64,000 bases of DNA, from positions 2,496,001 through 2,560,000 of the forward strand of contig OZ242296.1 in assembly GCA_965207735.1 (NCBI GenBank), given 5' to 3'. The translations under genes were made by a program, and so were the position numbers. Every line of letters starts with the position of its first letter. The first letter of the stretch is position 1. The notes under the pieces are model-generated. The model made no database searches. It was not told the DNA's origin and saw nothing but the letters and a program-made list of their open reading frames with translations. Of this stretch, positions 1 through 8,658 are shown piece by piece. The stretch is from Candidatus Versatilivorator sp. (GTDB lineage Bacteria; Acidobacteriota; Terriglobia; Versatilivoradales; Versatilivoraceae).

Positions 1-222
1 CCCCAAATCGTCTGGGGTAAAGCGCAGTGCGGCGCCGCGCCAGGGTGTCCCCGCCTCGCACGGCGCGTCGTGGCGCCGCACGGGAGGGGGAGGAAGTGGA
101 GGGAGCGACCCCCTGTTTTTTGCCGCTGGTGCGGCACCGGGCAGGGGTAGGTGGTGCGCCCCAATGGTCACACCATCTCCCCTCCCCGGCGGGGGTCACT
201 CCCTCCACAGTGATCCCTGCGG
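1..222. repeat. Copy 1 of a ~220 bp structured direct repeat (copy 2 at 838-1059)
   Basis: Shares CAAATC..GGGGTAAAGC, GCGTCGTGGCGCCGCAC.GGAGGGGGAGGAAGTGGAGGGAGCGACCCC, TTTTTGCCGCTGGTGCGGCACCGGG and GGGGTC.CTCCCTCCACAGTGATCCCTG with copy 2. Internal 17 bp inverted repeat at 96-112 / 192-208. Confidence 0.8.
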
Positions 223-446
223 AATTCATCTGTCATTTACGTAACACGTTGTATAAAACGGAGTTATTGATTTTCAGACGGTGTCCTGCCCCCCATTATG
301 CCCCCCAGAAAAAAACAGATTTCCCTGGCTCTTGGTGGCCGTACCGGGACGATTCGACCACCGGGCTGCGACCACGGAACCGCTGAGCGAGCCGACCATT
401 CCGGTTTCCCCACAGGCGGCGGGACCTGCGGTCCCTGAGAGGGAAA

Positions 447-857
447 TTGGTCCAGGAGGCGTTTCGGGGTGCTCTGCTATGCCAGGGAGTGAGAAAGTCC
501 AGCCTGCCCGGCAAAGCTCGCGGATTCAGGGTGCAGGAGGACACCGTCGAACGCCATGGCGGCCTCGGTGTCGTCATGGAGAAGATCGACCATTGGGAGC
601 AGGAAAGCCCGGCTTCCAACGGCCGCGACATGATCGACGATTTCCGCCTCCGGGGGTCAAGGACGTGCCGTGGTATGGACGCGCCACTGAGAAACAAGGG
701 GTGGCGCACGGAGGTGGCGCGCGTGGTGGCGCGTCCCCTCAACAACCCCAACGCTCCACTCTCAGAGGGCGAAGCCCTCGCCGTCGTGGTCCAGGCTGAT
801 CCCGGAAACCCGCATTGGACGCGGGCTGGCACGGATTGCCCAAATCCTGTGGGGTAA
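447..857 (+). CDS. Hypothetical protein or gene fragment within the integrative element
   Basis: 136 aa ORF whose stop (GGGTAA) lies in the start of repeat copy 2; an equivalent GGGTAA is at 15-20 in copy 1. No family recognised. Confidence 0.3.
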   Translation: MVQEAFRGALLCQGVRKSSLPGKARGFRVQEDTVERHGGLGVVMEKIDHWEQESPASNGRDMIDDFRLRGSRTCRGMDAPLRNKGWRTEVARVVARPLNNPNAPLSEGEALAVVVQADPGNPHWTRAGTDCPNPVG

Positions 858-1059
858 AGCCCCGTGGGGCGTCGGCATCGCGTGTCCACCCCCTCGCACG
901 CCGCGTCGTGGCGCCGCACAGGAGGGGGAGGAAGTGGAGGGAGCGACCCCCCTCTTTTTGCCGCTGGTGCGGCACCGGGGAGTGTTTACCGGCGCGTACA
1001 GTGGCGCGCGGTCAACCCTCCCCTTTGGGGGTCGCTCCCTCCACAGTGATCCCTGGCGG
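838..1059. repeat. Copy 2 of the ~220 bp structured direct repeat
   Basis: Perfect 17 bp inverted repeat GTGGAGGGAGCGACCCC (934-950) / GGGGTCGCTCCCTCCAC (1028-1044). Homologous to 1-222. Confidence 0.8.
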
Positions 1060-1083
1060 GAAGGCCATCGAGCGCTGCCGAGG

Positions 1084-1389
1084 TCAGGGCCGATCAACCG
1101 ATCGGTCCGGCCCTCGACTCCCGGCGGCCAGGTAGCCGGCCCAGTCATCCATAAGCCGGCGCCGACGCTCGAACAGGTCCGGGCGCCGGTAGGCCGCCTC
1201 GATCTGGCTGCGGACCTTGTGCGTCAGGGCAGCCTCCGCCACCTCGCGAGGATGATCGGTCTCTTCGGCCGCCCAGTCCCGGAAGCTCGACAGGAAGCCG
1301 TGCGGCACGGCCGCGGCGTTCAACTTCCGGAGCAGTTCCGACAGCGTCGTGTTCGCGATCGGCTTCCCCCCAACGCCGGGAAACACCAA
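1084..1389 (-). pseudogene. Truncated second copy of the tyrosine integrase C-terminus
   Basis: VFPGVGGKP...VPHGFLSSFRDWAAEETDHPREVAEAALTHKVRSQIEAAYRR closely matches the C-terminus of the main integrase. Catalytic HxxR is changed to HGFL and the N-terminus is absent. Confidence 0.85.
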
Positions 1390-2774
1390 GGGAGCGGCGG
1401 GGGTGATGGAGGGGCCAGGGGAGCGCTCTCCCCGGTCGGGGGTTCGAAGGGGCCGGAGCCCCTCGCCAGCCCCAATGTATTACATTGGGTAGGCTGGCTC
1501 CCCGGCAGGCGCCGGCCCCGCTGTCCCCGCCCCGCACGGCCATCGAGCGCTGCTTCGGCCTGCGGCCCTCGGCTCGGGCCGGCCAGGTAGCCGGCCCAGT
1601 CATCCATGAGCCTGCGGCGACGCTCGAACAGGTCCGAGCGCCGGTAGGCCGCCTCGATCTGGCTGCGGACCTTGTGCGCCAGGGCAGCCTCCGCCACCTC
1701 GCGAGGATGATCCGTTTCTTCGGCCGCCCAGTCCCGAAAGCTCGACCGGAAGCCGTGCGGCACCGCCGCGATCTTCAACTCCCTGAGCAGTTCCGACAGC
1801 GTCGTGATCGCGAACGGCTTGCCCCTAACGCTCGGAAACACCAGCGGACTGCTGCGAGAGAGCGCCCGCGCCTCCTCCAGGATCTCCAGGGCGCGCCGGC
1901 ACAGCGGGACCCGGTGCTTGCGATTCCCCTTCGTGCGCGGGGCCGGGATGCTCCACACGCCCTGGTCGCAGTCCATCTCGGTCCAGACCGCCCCGCTAAC
2001 CTCGCCGGAGCGTGCCGCCGTGAGCACCAGGAACTCGAAGGCCAGCTTCACCGCCGGCCTCGCCCTCGACGCCCGCACCGTCTCGATCGCCGACGCCACC
2101 TCGGGATGCGGCAAGGCCCGCCTGTGGCGCACGCCGTTGCCCTGTGCGCCCAGCACCGGGCCGATCCGGTCGCAGGGGTTGTCGGGCCGCAGGTCCATCG
2201 CCACCGCCCATTCCATGACCGCCCGGATGCGCTGGCGCAGCTTCCGGGCCGTGGGCGCCGTCTCGTGCCAGATCGGAGACAGAATCCCCACCACATCGGC
2301 ACTGGACACCTCGGAAACCGGCATTCCGCCGATGCGAGGCAGGGCGTAGCGCTCCAGGCTGCTGAGCCAGAGCTGGGCATGCTGAGGGGAGCGCCAGCCC
2401 GGCCGCAGCTGATTGTAGACCTGGTAGGTCGCCTCGGCAAAGGTGGGTGTCGACTCGGACCGCCGCTTCTCCGAGAGGGGATCGCCGCCCTCCCGGGCCA
2501 GCTTCCGGTTGGCGAAGGCCTTCTCCCGGGCTTCCTTCAGCGAGACCAGGGGGAATCCGCCCAGCCCGAGCTCGGCGCGGCGGCCACGGATGGTGAGGCG
2601 CTGGATCCAGCCCCGGCTGCCGGAGGGACGCACGTCGAGATAGAGCCCCTGGCCGTCACAATAGCGTCCGGACTGGCTCACGCTGCGGACAAAGAGGGGC
2701 GTGAGGGCGTTGTCGGGATGCTGGCTGCGGGGCTTGCGGTGCGGAGGGCGTTTGGGAAGCATCATACCCCCCAT
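1320..2774 (-). CDS. P4-like tyrosine recombinase/integrase (Arm DNA-binding DUF4102 N-terminus)
   Basis: N-terminal DGQGLYLDVRPSGSRGW..RRAELGLGGFPLVSLKEARE. Catalytic R (AARSGE), K, HGFR, LAH and Y (EAAYRRSDL). The last ~85 aa look like read-through past the normal end near 1580. Confidence 0.93.
   Translation of the reverse strand: MGGMMLPKRPPHRKPRSQHPDNALTPLFVRSVSQSGRYCDGQGLYLDVRPSGSRGWIQRLTIRGRRAELGLGGFPLVSLKEAREKAFANRKLAREGGDPLSEKRRSESTPTFAEATYQVYNQLRPGWRSPQHAQLWLSSLERYALPRIGGMPVSEVSSADVVGILSPIWHETAPTARKLRQRIRAVMEWAVAMDLRPDNPCDRIGPVLGAQGNGVRHRRALPHPEVASAIETVRASRARPAVKLAFEFLVLTAARSGEVSGAVWTEMDCDQGVWSIPAPRTKGNRKHRVPLCRRALEILEEARALSRSSPLVFPSVRGKPFAITTLSELLRELKIAAVPHGFRSSFRDWAAEETDHPREVAEAALAHKVRSQIEAAYRRSDLFERRRRLMDDWAGYLAGPSRGPQAEAALDGRAGRGQRGRRLPGSQPTQCNTLGLARGSGPFEPPTGESAPLAPPSPPPLPWCFPALGGSRSRTRRCRNCSGS
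1418..1498. other. oriT-like tandem hairpin cluster
   Basis: GGGGA-GCGCTC-TCCCC and GGGGC-CGGA-GCCCC hairpins, then GCCAGCC...GGCTGGC enclosing the palindrome CCCAATGTA-T-TACATTGGG (1471-1489). Confidence 0.4.
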
Positions 2775-3033
2775 TATACTCCCCTAAATAGGTGGGATGC
2801 AAGGGTATGGTGCGGGACGCTATGGGAATGGATGGATGCTCAAGTATGCTCATAACAGACTGTATCTAAGTCGATTATGTACACTATGGGACCTAGTTGG
2901 AAGATCAGTCCATTCTGAAGAGGCATTCCCTGCGGGAAGGCATCCGAGCGTCCTTTCGCGCTCACGGAGGATGAGTGGCTCTCCCGTGTAGCCTTGTGAC
3001 CTGCTTGTCACTCTATGTGTTATTGTGTGTCTT

Positions 3034-3430
3034 ATGTTGCACCGTGTTCCACTTCATATCCGTGTCTCTCCCGAAACCCGTCAACGCCTCCAGCTCATCC
3101 GCACCCGCCGGCACCTCAACGCCGGCTCCTGGCTGCGCGCCCTCATCGATGAGGCCCTCGACCGCGAGTTTGGTCCCGCTCCCACGGACGCGAATGAGCT
3201 GGTCGCGTCGCTCAAGGCCGCGTCCCCGGAACCCATCCCTGGATGGACCCCGGCCAGGCTGAAGGGTGGTATCTGGGGAGCTTGCTTCCAAGGGGACACC
3301 CGCACCCTCCCTCCCGACCGACCTCGACGGCCTCACCATCGCCGTCGCGACTCGCTCTGGAGACTCCTGAAACGCAACCGCCACCGAGGTCCTCGAGCGT
3401 TCCTCGAATCTCGTCCTGGTCCATGCCCCA
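3034..3430 (+). pseudogene. Ribbon-helix-helix-like small protein, frameshifted with a premature stop
   Basis: MLHRVPLHIRVSPETRQRLQLIRTRRHLNAGSWLRALIDEAL is RHH/CopG-like. A 4 bp duplication (CGACCGAC, ~3315-3322) shifts the frame to DLDGLTIAVATRSGDS*NATATEVLERS. Confidence 0.5.
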
Positions 3431-3601
3431 AGACTCCATCAATGAGCCTATTCAGCTAAACCGGATTTGGGCCGGGTCCGCACCAGACCCTTGGGCCACA
3501 CTTGCCCTGTGTTGCATCTTCTCGAGCCGTCAGAAATTCACTGACTTGGTGGACCAATAAATGGGCCCCTTGATTTAGAAAACGGAATATCCAAGATTAA
3601 G

Positions 3602-5088
3602 GAGCCTTTTGCAAAATTCGGAATCGGGCATGACATTGGGCTGGCAACAGTGATGTTCCGGCGGTGACTACCCAGCTGCAAAGACCCTTTTGAAGGAAAA
3701 AGCCCGAATCTGATGGCCGGATGGCCAGCGGTCGCCGGACGCAGGCACAGCTTACCCTCTCCCGGCCTTGAGGCGGGCGAACCTGCTGTGCGGTTGGGGG
3801 TGGCAACCCGGTCTTCAGAGCGTCAGGCGCATCAACTGATCCACCGTCAGGGCCAGAATGCCGAACATCAGGTGGCACCTCACCTTGTCGGGGCCGCGAA
3901 CCCTCACCTGCCTCCCGCCAAACTCCTCCTTGAGCCGTCCGTTGACCCGCTCCACCGTCGAGCGTTCCCGGTAGCGCCGCGCCTCGGGAGTCACTTGGCC
4001 GATACAGCGCCGGGCCAGTGCCTCCCGCTTCCGCTCGGCTTTCAAGGTAGCTCTTCGGCGGGGGTTGACGTCAATAATCGGCACATGCCCCAGCTTCTCA
4101 CTGAAGGCCCGGATCTCCGGCGCATCGTAGGCGCTGTCCATCAAGTCGTAGAGACTCTCGACCCGCCTTGCCGTCAGCGTCGCCAGCGGAATGGCTGCCT
4201 GAGAGTCATGCACCGAGGCCGAGGTCAGCAGACAACTGACCGGAATCCCGCCGTCAATGGCGTCGAGGTGTAGCTTGTAGCCGGTCCAGCTCTCCTGATG
4301 CCCCTTGGCGTTGCGCTTGACGCCGATGTCGCAGGCCTTGGGCAACTCCTTCAACATTTCCTCCAGCGTCATCGACCCCTGCCGCTCCAGCCGGCTCAAC
4401 CGCTTGGGCCGTCGCTCGCCCTTCGGCGGCCGGCCCCGCCGGCGTTTCCGCTTGGCCTCCGGCGCAGCCTTGGCCGCTGGCTTTTCCCGTCCCGCAATCG
4501 CCGTCGAGTCCCTCGACACATGCCCCGCCAAGTGGCCCTTCAGCGTCTCCTCCAGCAATGCCTCGTGCAAACGCCCCGGCAGGTCGCTCTCAGCGAATTC
4601 CGCAAAGGCCCGCGAGAAGGTCGACTCGCTCGGTACCTCCCACGCCCTCTCCCAGCCGCACAGCCGCCGCAGCCTCCCCTCACTCCTCAGCCGCTCCACC
4701 AATCCCCGCGTGGTCGCCACCTCCAGCATCGACTTCGCCAGATAGGCTCGCGCCAGCACTGCCCGATCCTCCAGCGGCCGGCCACGCCAGCCCCGACTGT
4801 AAGGCAGCAACTCCTCCACCCGCACCAACTCCAATACCTGCACCAGCCGCTGGTAACGCTCTCCCAGAGGCCCCAAAACTTCCTCCAGCAGGGGAAACAG
4901 CTCTCGTTGAAACCGGAACCAGTGTCGTGATAGGGTTTCCCTAAGGGGCAAGTTCCACCTCCGTTCATCATGTGGTTCAGACACCTTCATGATACAACAG
5001 ACAGTGGTCTTGCCCCTCCTTCCACCTGCCCTCCTTGATCTTTCCCCACGTGAAAATTCCCGCTATCTGCGAATTTTGCAAAAGGCTC
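3602..5088 (-). mobile_element. Complete insertion sequence (IS5/IS1182-like DDE), 1487 bp
   Basis: Perfect 19 bp TIRs GAGCCTTTTGCAAAATTCG (3602-3620) / CGAATTTTGCAAAAGGCTC (5070-5088). 4 bp TSD TAAG at 3598-3601 and 5089-5092. Confidence 0.93.
3815..4990 (-). CDS. DDE transposase (DUF772 + DDE_Tnp_1; IS5/IS1182-like)
   Basis: VPSESTFSRAF, SRDSTAI, WTGYKLHL, LMDSAYD and YRERSTVERVNGRLK motifs. Confidence 0.92.
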   Translation of the reverse strand: MKVSEPHDERRWNLPLRETLSRHWFRFQRELFPLLEEVLGPLGERYQRLVQVLELVRVEELLPYSRGWRGRPLEDRAVLARAYLAKSMLEVATTRGLVERLRSEGRLRRLCGWERAWEVPSESTFSRAFAEFAESDLPGRLHEALLEETLKGHLAGHVSRDSTAIAGREKPAAKAAPEAKRKRRRGRPPKGERRPKRLSRLERQGSMTLEEMLKELPKACDIGVKRNAKGHQESWTGYKLHLDAIDGGIPVSCLLTSASVHDSQAAIPLATLTARRVESLYDLMDSAYDAPEIRAFSEKLGHVPIIDVNPRRRATLKAERKREALARRCIGQVTPEARRYRERSTVERVNGRLKEEFGGRQVRVRGPDKVRCHLMFGILALTVDQLMRLTL

Positions 5089-5171
5089 TAAGGTCTTAAC
5101 ATATAGAGAGGTGGGGTTTGGACACTTTCCGATATAGTCCCCTAATCAAGGATGTGGGGTTCTCTCGCAGG

Positions 5172-6983
5172 TCATGGAACGTAGTGGGGGAGCTGGAACT
5201 GAGATAGTTTCCCGTCGCAGAATTCAAGGACCAGCGCGGTCGCTTCTCCAGTAATTCTTAACTGTCCCTGGGTTCGTCTGAGATTCGACAGCTTATCTTT
5301 CAATGAGAATGCGGAATGGTAAAGTGACCCAAGGTTGACACTTCCCATTGATTCCAGGTTGTAATCTATAGCCTCGATCGTAACTTCCTCTCCAGTCCCG
5401 GCGATTGCTACTCCTAAATCGCAAGGGTTCCCGTACTCCAGGGTGAAAACCAGTCCTTTAGGTGTCATCTTCTGTAGAGGGATGGTGGAGCGAAATGTCT
5501 CTCCGGAGCGGTGGAATTGCTTGTATGTCGTGTCGACTGCAATGCAGCCGCCCCCATTGTCTACAACATAGCCGTACCCTTGGATAAGTTCTCCCTTGAG
5601 ATTGTGCAGGAGGAAGGAGTGGGTGTCCTTCCCTTCCATGGGGTCATCCCCGTTGTGCATACCGATGTAACGATCATCTGAGTCGTCTGCAAAGTCAAAC
5701 CCCTGCAGGTCCCCGTTGTCATCACGCAGATCGATGTCGTAAGTCACTGGATAGTCGCAGGTGTTCAGGACGTGGATCAGAGTCCCCCAGCCCAGCCCTT
5801 GGGCAATGTGGGGAATGTGCCGTCCAGAGGGGGAAAGTGAGACGGGAGAGAGCGGTGTGGTGGCGGCCACCGTGCCTGACCAGGAAGAGCCTTTAATATG
5901 GTCTTCGGTGTTGTAGGCTCGAATCCGGTAACTGTAGGTTGTTTGGGGGGATGCACTACCGTCGATAAACTCCAAACTAGGTACGAATTGATTGACTAAA
6001 TAGGACCATCTCGCCACAGCCTCTCTTCTATCTATAACGTACCCGTAAGCGTTATCCCCATTGGGATTGGACCATTTTAGTGAGACTCTGTGCGGACCCA
6101 ATGCAGTGGCAGTCAAAGATGGGGCTGTCAGAGTGATCGTCTCATCGTCGCCTCCGCCTCCGCCAGTGCCGGAGACATACCCGTAGATCCAGCTATAGTG
6201 CAGGGAGGTCTGCACGTAAGTTCCGGGGAATCCGACAAGTTCCGGGTCGATACTCCCAAGAGAGGCCACGCCGACTTGTCCCCATTCGCTTCCAGTTCTT
6301 ACTAGCAAAGGACCTCCGCTGTCCCCGCCGCGAATCCCCTCTGCCGCAGTGCCAGCACAGAACGTTCCAATTGCTTGAGTGAAGCCAAAGCGACCAAGCC
6401 GCTCCTGACAGTCTGACCGACTATATAGGGGTATGCTGACCTTTTGGAGAATGCCCGGGAACTCTCCGTCTTCATTTCTCCCCCACCCCACGGCAACAGA
6501 GGTGCTTCCTGAAGGAGCATACAGGGACTCTTGTACATTGGTAAGAACCGTTACGGTTGTATTGGAAAGGGATGCTGAGAGTTGTAGGAGCGCGAGATCG
6601 TTGGTTCCCAGAATGCTTGTAGAGTACCGCGGCTGCACAATGATCCTTTGTACTGTTCGTTTTTCTTCCAAGGCTTGGGAGTTAACCCCGGTATAGACAG
6701 AAACGTCGCTGGCAGCAGCTAATTCTCCAACTTCGTTGTAGACACAGTGGGCGGCCGTCAGCACCCAATCAGCTGCCAGCAAGGATCCCGTGCATCTATA
6801 TCCACGATTGTTTTCCCTGTCGGTCACTTGCCATACCAGGACAACAAAGGGAAACTCGCCGCGAATGACATTTTCCCCACGAGCAATCAGGTGCTCTTCT
6901 CGGTCGCGACTCTTGGATGAACCTGAGAGGGTTAGCAATAAGGTACGCGCAATGACACAAATCAAACGGATGGGTGGATACAT
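5172..6983 (-). CDS. Secreted trypsin-like (S1) serine protease with FN3 and an uncharacterised C-terminal domain
   Basis: CTGSLLAADWVLTAAHC, NDLALL and GDSGGPL triad motifs. FN3-like VSLKWS...TTYSYRIRAYN. Hydrophobic N-terminus. Visibly lower GC than the flanks. Confidence 0.9.
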   Translation of the reverse strand: MYPPIRLICVIARTLLLTLSGSSKSRDREEHLIARGENVIRGEFPFVVLVWQVTDRENNRGYRCTGSLLAADWVLTAAHCVYNEVGELAAASDVSVYTGVNSQALEEKRTVQRIIVQPRYSTSILGTNDLALLQLSASLSNTTVTVLTNVQESLYAPSGSTSVAVGWGRNEDGEFPGILQKVSIPLYSRSDCQERLGRFGFTQAIGTFCAGTAAEGIRGGDSGGPLLVRTGSEWGQVGVASLGSIDPELVGFPGTYVQTSLHYSWIYGYVSGTGGGGGDDETITLTAPSLTATALGPHRVSLKWSNPNGDNAYGYVIDRREAVARWSYLVNQFVPSLEFIDGSASPQTTYSYRIRAYNTEDHIKGSSWSGTVAATTPLSPVSLSPSGRHIPHIAQGLGWGTLIHVLNTCDYPVTYDIDLRDDNGDLQGFDFADDSDDRYIGMHNGDDPMEGKDTHSFLLHNLKGELIQGYGYVVDNGGGCIAVDTTYKQFHRSGETFRSTIPLQKMTPKGLVFTLEYGNPCDLGVAIAGTGEEVTIEAIDYNLESMGSVNLGSLYHSAFSLKDKLSNLRRTQGQLRITGEATALVLEFCDGKLSQFQLPHYVP

Positions 6984-7750
6984 TTCTTGCTTCCTTTTCT
7001 CACTTGTGGGCAGTTTGGTTGGAAAGAGGGTGCCGGGTCTTATGATGGCAAGAGATCGTCATTCGTCTTCTGGGTAAGGAAGAGTGCGTGATTCGTTTTG
7101 CTACGGAAAAGCACGTGCAAGGCTTCGCATAAATATACCCCAGTTTGCAGAAGCACGCATCAGAGCCACGACTGACGCCAAGTGTCCCTTGAGCTTCGGA
7201 TGTCCGAACTCTAAAGTGCATCAGCAACGATGCTGACTTCGGCGATGTCCAGATGACAGGACATGATTCAGTCGTTTTAGCTCGTCGAGAACCCCATAAT
7301 GAGAGGGGAAGGGCAGCTTGCCACTCCACTTGACGGCACCCGACGAAGTGCCCCCCTTTCACCTCCACGGGATGGAGACCCAGAGCCGAGAAGCGGCCCG
7401 TGGTTGTCGGAACGATACAGTCGGATCGCGTGATGCGTAAGGACTTCGCGGCTGACGATCATCTGCCGTTATCCTGTCCGCAGGAGGTCTTGCCGCAGCG
7501 ACGGGTGGTTCAAGCCCGACAGCAACCCAAAGGGAATTGATCGCTACGGAGAGGATGCCGTTCCGACCGCTCCACGACGGTCTGACCGAACGGTTACGTC
7601 CGCCAACATCCTGGAGGGGCCAGTGGAGTCCTTTTCACAAAGAGGGATATAATGAGGGAACTGCAACCAGCTGATTTGTATTAAGTCTATTATAAGCAGT
7701 GGGTTACAATCGATAGGATGCAGTTCGTGCAGCAGCGTCCCGTACTGGTT

Positions 7751-7802
7751 ATCCTGTGCATCCTGTGCATCCTGTGCATCCTGTGCATCCTGTGCATCCA
7801 TG
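7751..7802. repeat. Tandem 9-mer (ATCCTGTGC)x5, end of a GxxExxY-associated repeat element
   Basis: Five exact copies followed by ATCCATG. 7723-7806 is homologous to 45114-45168, which has two copies. Confidence 0.9.
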
Positions 7803-7810
7803 TTCATTAT

Positions 7811-8048
7811 GAGCCTTTTGCAAATTTCGCAATCGGGAATGACATTGAGGCGGCAAGGATGATGTGCTGCAGGCTCCAGCATTCGCCACGATAAGCACAA
7901 GAGACAACAGAAACCACAAAAAGCACAAAAGGCACAAAACGAGTTTCTTGATTTCGAGACGTGCCCATCCGATGGTTCTTTTTGTGTTTTTGTGCCTTTT
8001 GTGGCCATTCCCGGCAAAGGTCCCGCTGCCGAATTTTGCAAACGCCTC
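7811..8048. mobile_element. MITE (238 bp) related to the IS at 3602-5088
   Basis: Left end GAGCCTTTTGCAAATTTCGCAATCGGGAATGACATTG matches the IS left end. Right end CGAATTTTGCAAACGCCTC. Internal inverted CACAAAA/TTTTGTG repeats. No transposase and no clear TSD. Confidence 0.75.
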
Positions 8049-8115
8049 CAAAGAAAAAGAGTTATCCACGAAGGACCGATAAGAGTCATCCACAGAGGAA
8101 AACGGCGAACCGCGA

Positions 8116-8314
8116 ATGGACAGGATGAACAGGATTATTGGGCAAGAGTTTCCACCGTCTCGAGTTCAACTATCGCCCATGCTTCAACAAGGATTCCAAA
8201 ACCCGCTTCCATCCTCATGGAATACCTCGAACACGAACCGATCATTAAGAAGCCCGCTTCCTGTGCCGCAGCGTCTCTTCCTGTTAATCCTGTCCATCCT
8301 GTCTATCCATGTTC
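8116..8314 (-). pseudogene. GxxExxY-protein remnant between inverted CAGGAT/ATCCTG repeats
   Basis: Minus-strand fragments MIG..VFEVFHEDGSGF and AIVELETVETLAQ resemble GxxExxY (IIG.AFEV.NELG.GFLE; IVELKAV). Flanked by ATGGACAGGATGAACAGGATT / AATCCTGTCCATCCTGTCTATCCATG. Confidence 0.55.
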
Positions 8315-8658
8315 CCTAATGCGACAAATCGAATTAGCGGAACATGCCCTACACCCGATACGCCAAGAAAGTCCCCTGTTGCACCCTCGTGTGATCCGCC
8401 TCGTTATGAGGGGCGGGGGCTGAACTTGCCTGTAATCCTCATCCTGCCTGGGGGTAGCACGATGTCTGTTGCCAGCTTTGAAGGATCGGAGTTTGCGCCT
8501 TGACCCGGCAGGAGCTTTGTCATAGGCTCGTTTCCCGGACATTCCGTGATCAGGCCGTATCTTCATTCTGATTCGCGCTGGTGGAAACAACCTCGAAGCC
8601 GGAGGCCGCCGGTCCCCTCTTTCCGCCTGGACCGCCGCAGACAAGAGGAACTTGCAGC

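Larger units (their letters stand above)
214..2935. mobile_element. Putative small integrative element (P4-like integrase), degraded
   Basis: 9 bp direct repeat TCCCTGCGG at 214-222 and 2927-2935. Arm-site-like 20-mers at 287-306 and 2765-2784 (17/20 identical). AT-rich tracts inside both ends. Integrase inside. Confidence 0.5.

Noticed and set aside
1126-1843. Integrase duplication as a DGR template/variable repeat pair
   Set aside because: Differences are not adenine-specific and no reverse transcriptase is present in the window.
2780-2960. tRNA/tmRNA attachment site upstream of the integrase
   Set aside because: No cloverleaf, T-loop (GTTCGA) or CCA end could be identified.
7544-8093. 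ORFs with DAQDAQ / CTGCTG / CAFCAFC motifs as metal-binding peptides
   Set aside because: The motifs derive from 9-mer tandem repeats and a MITE read in different frames.
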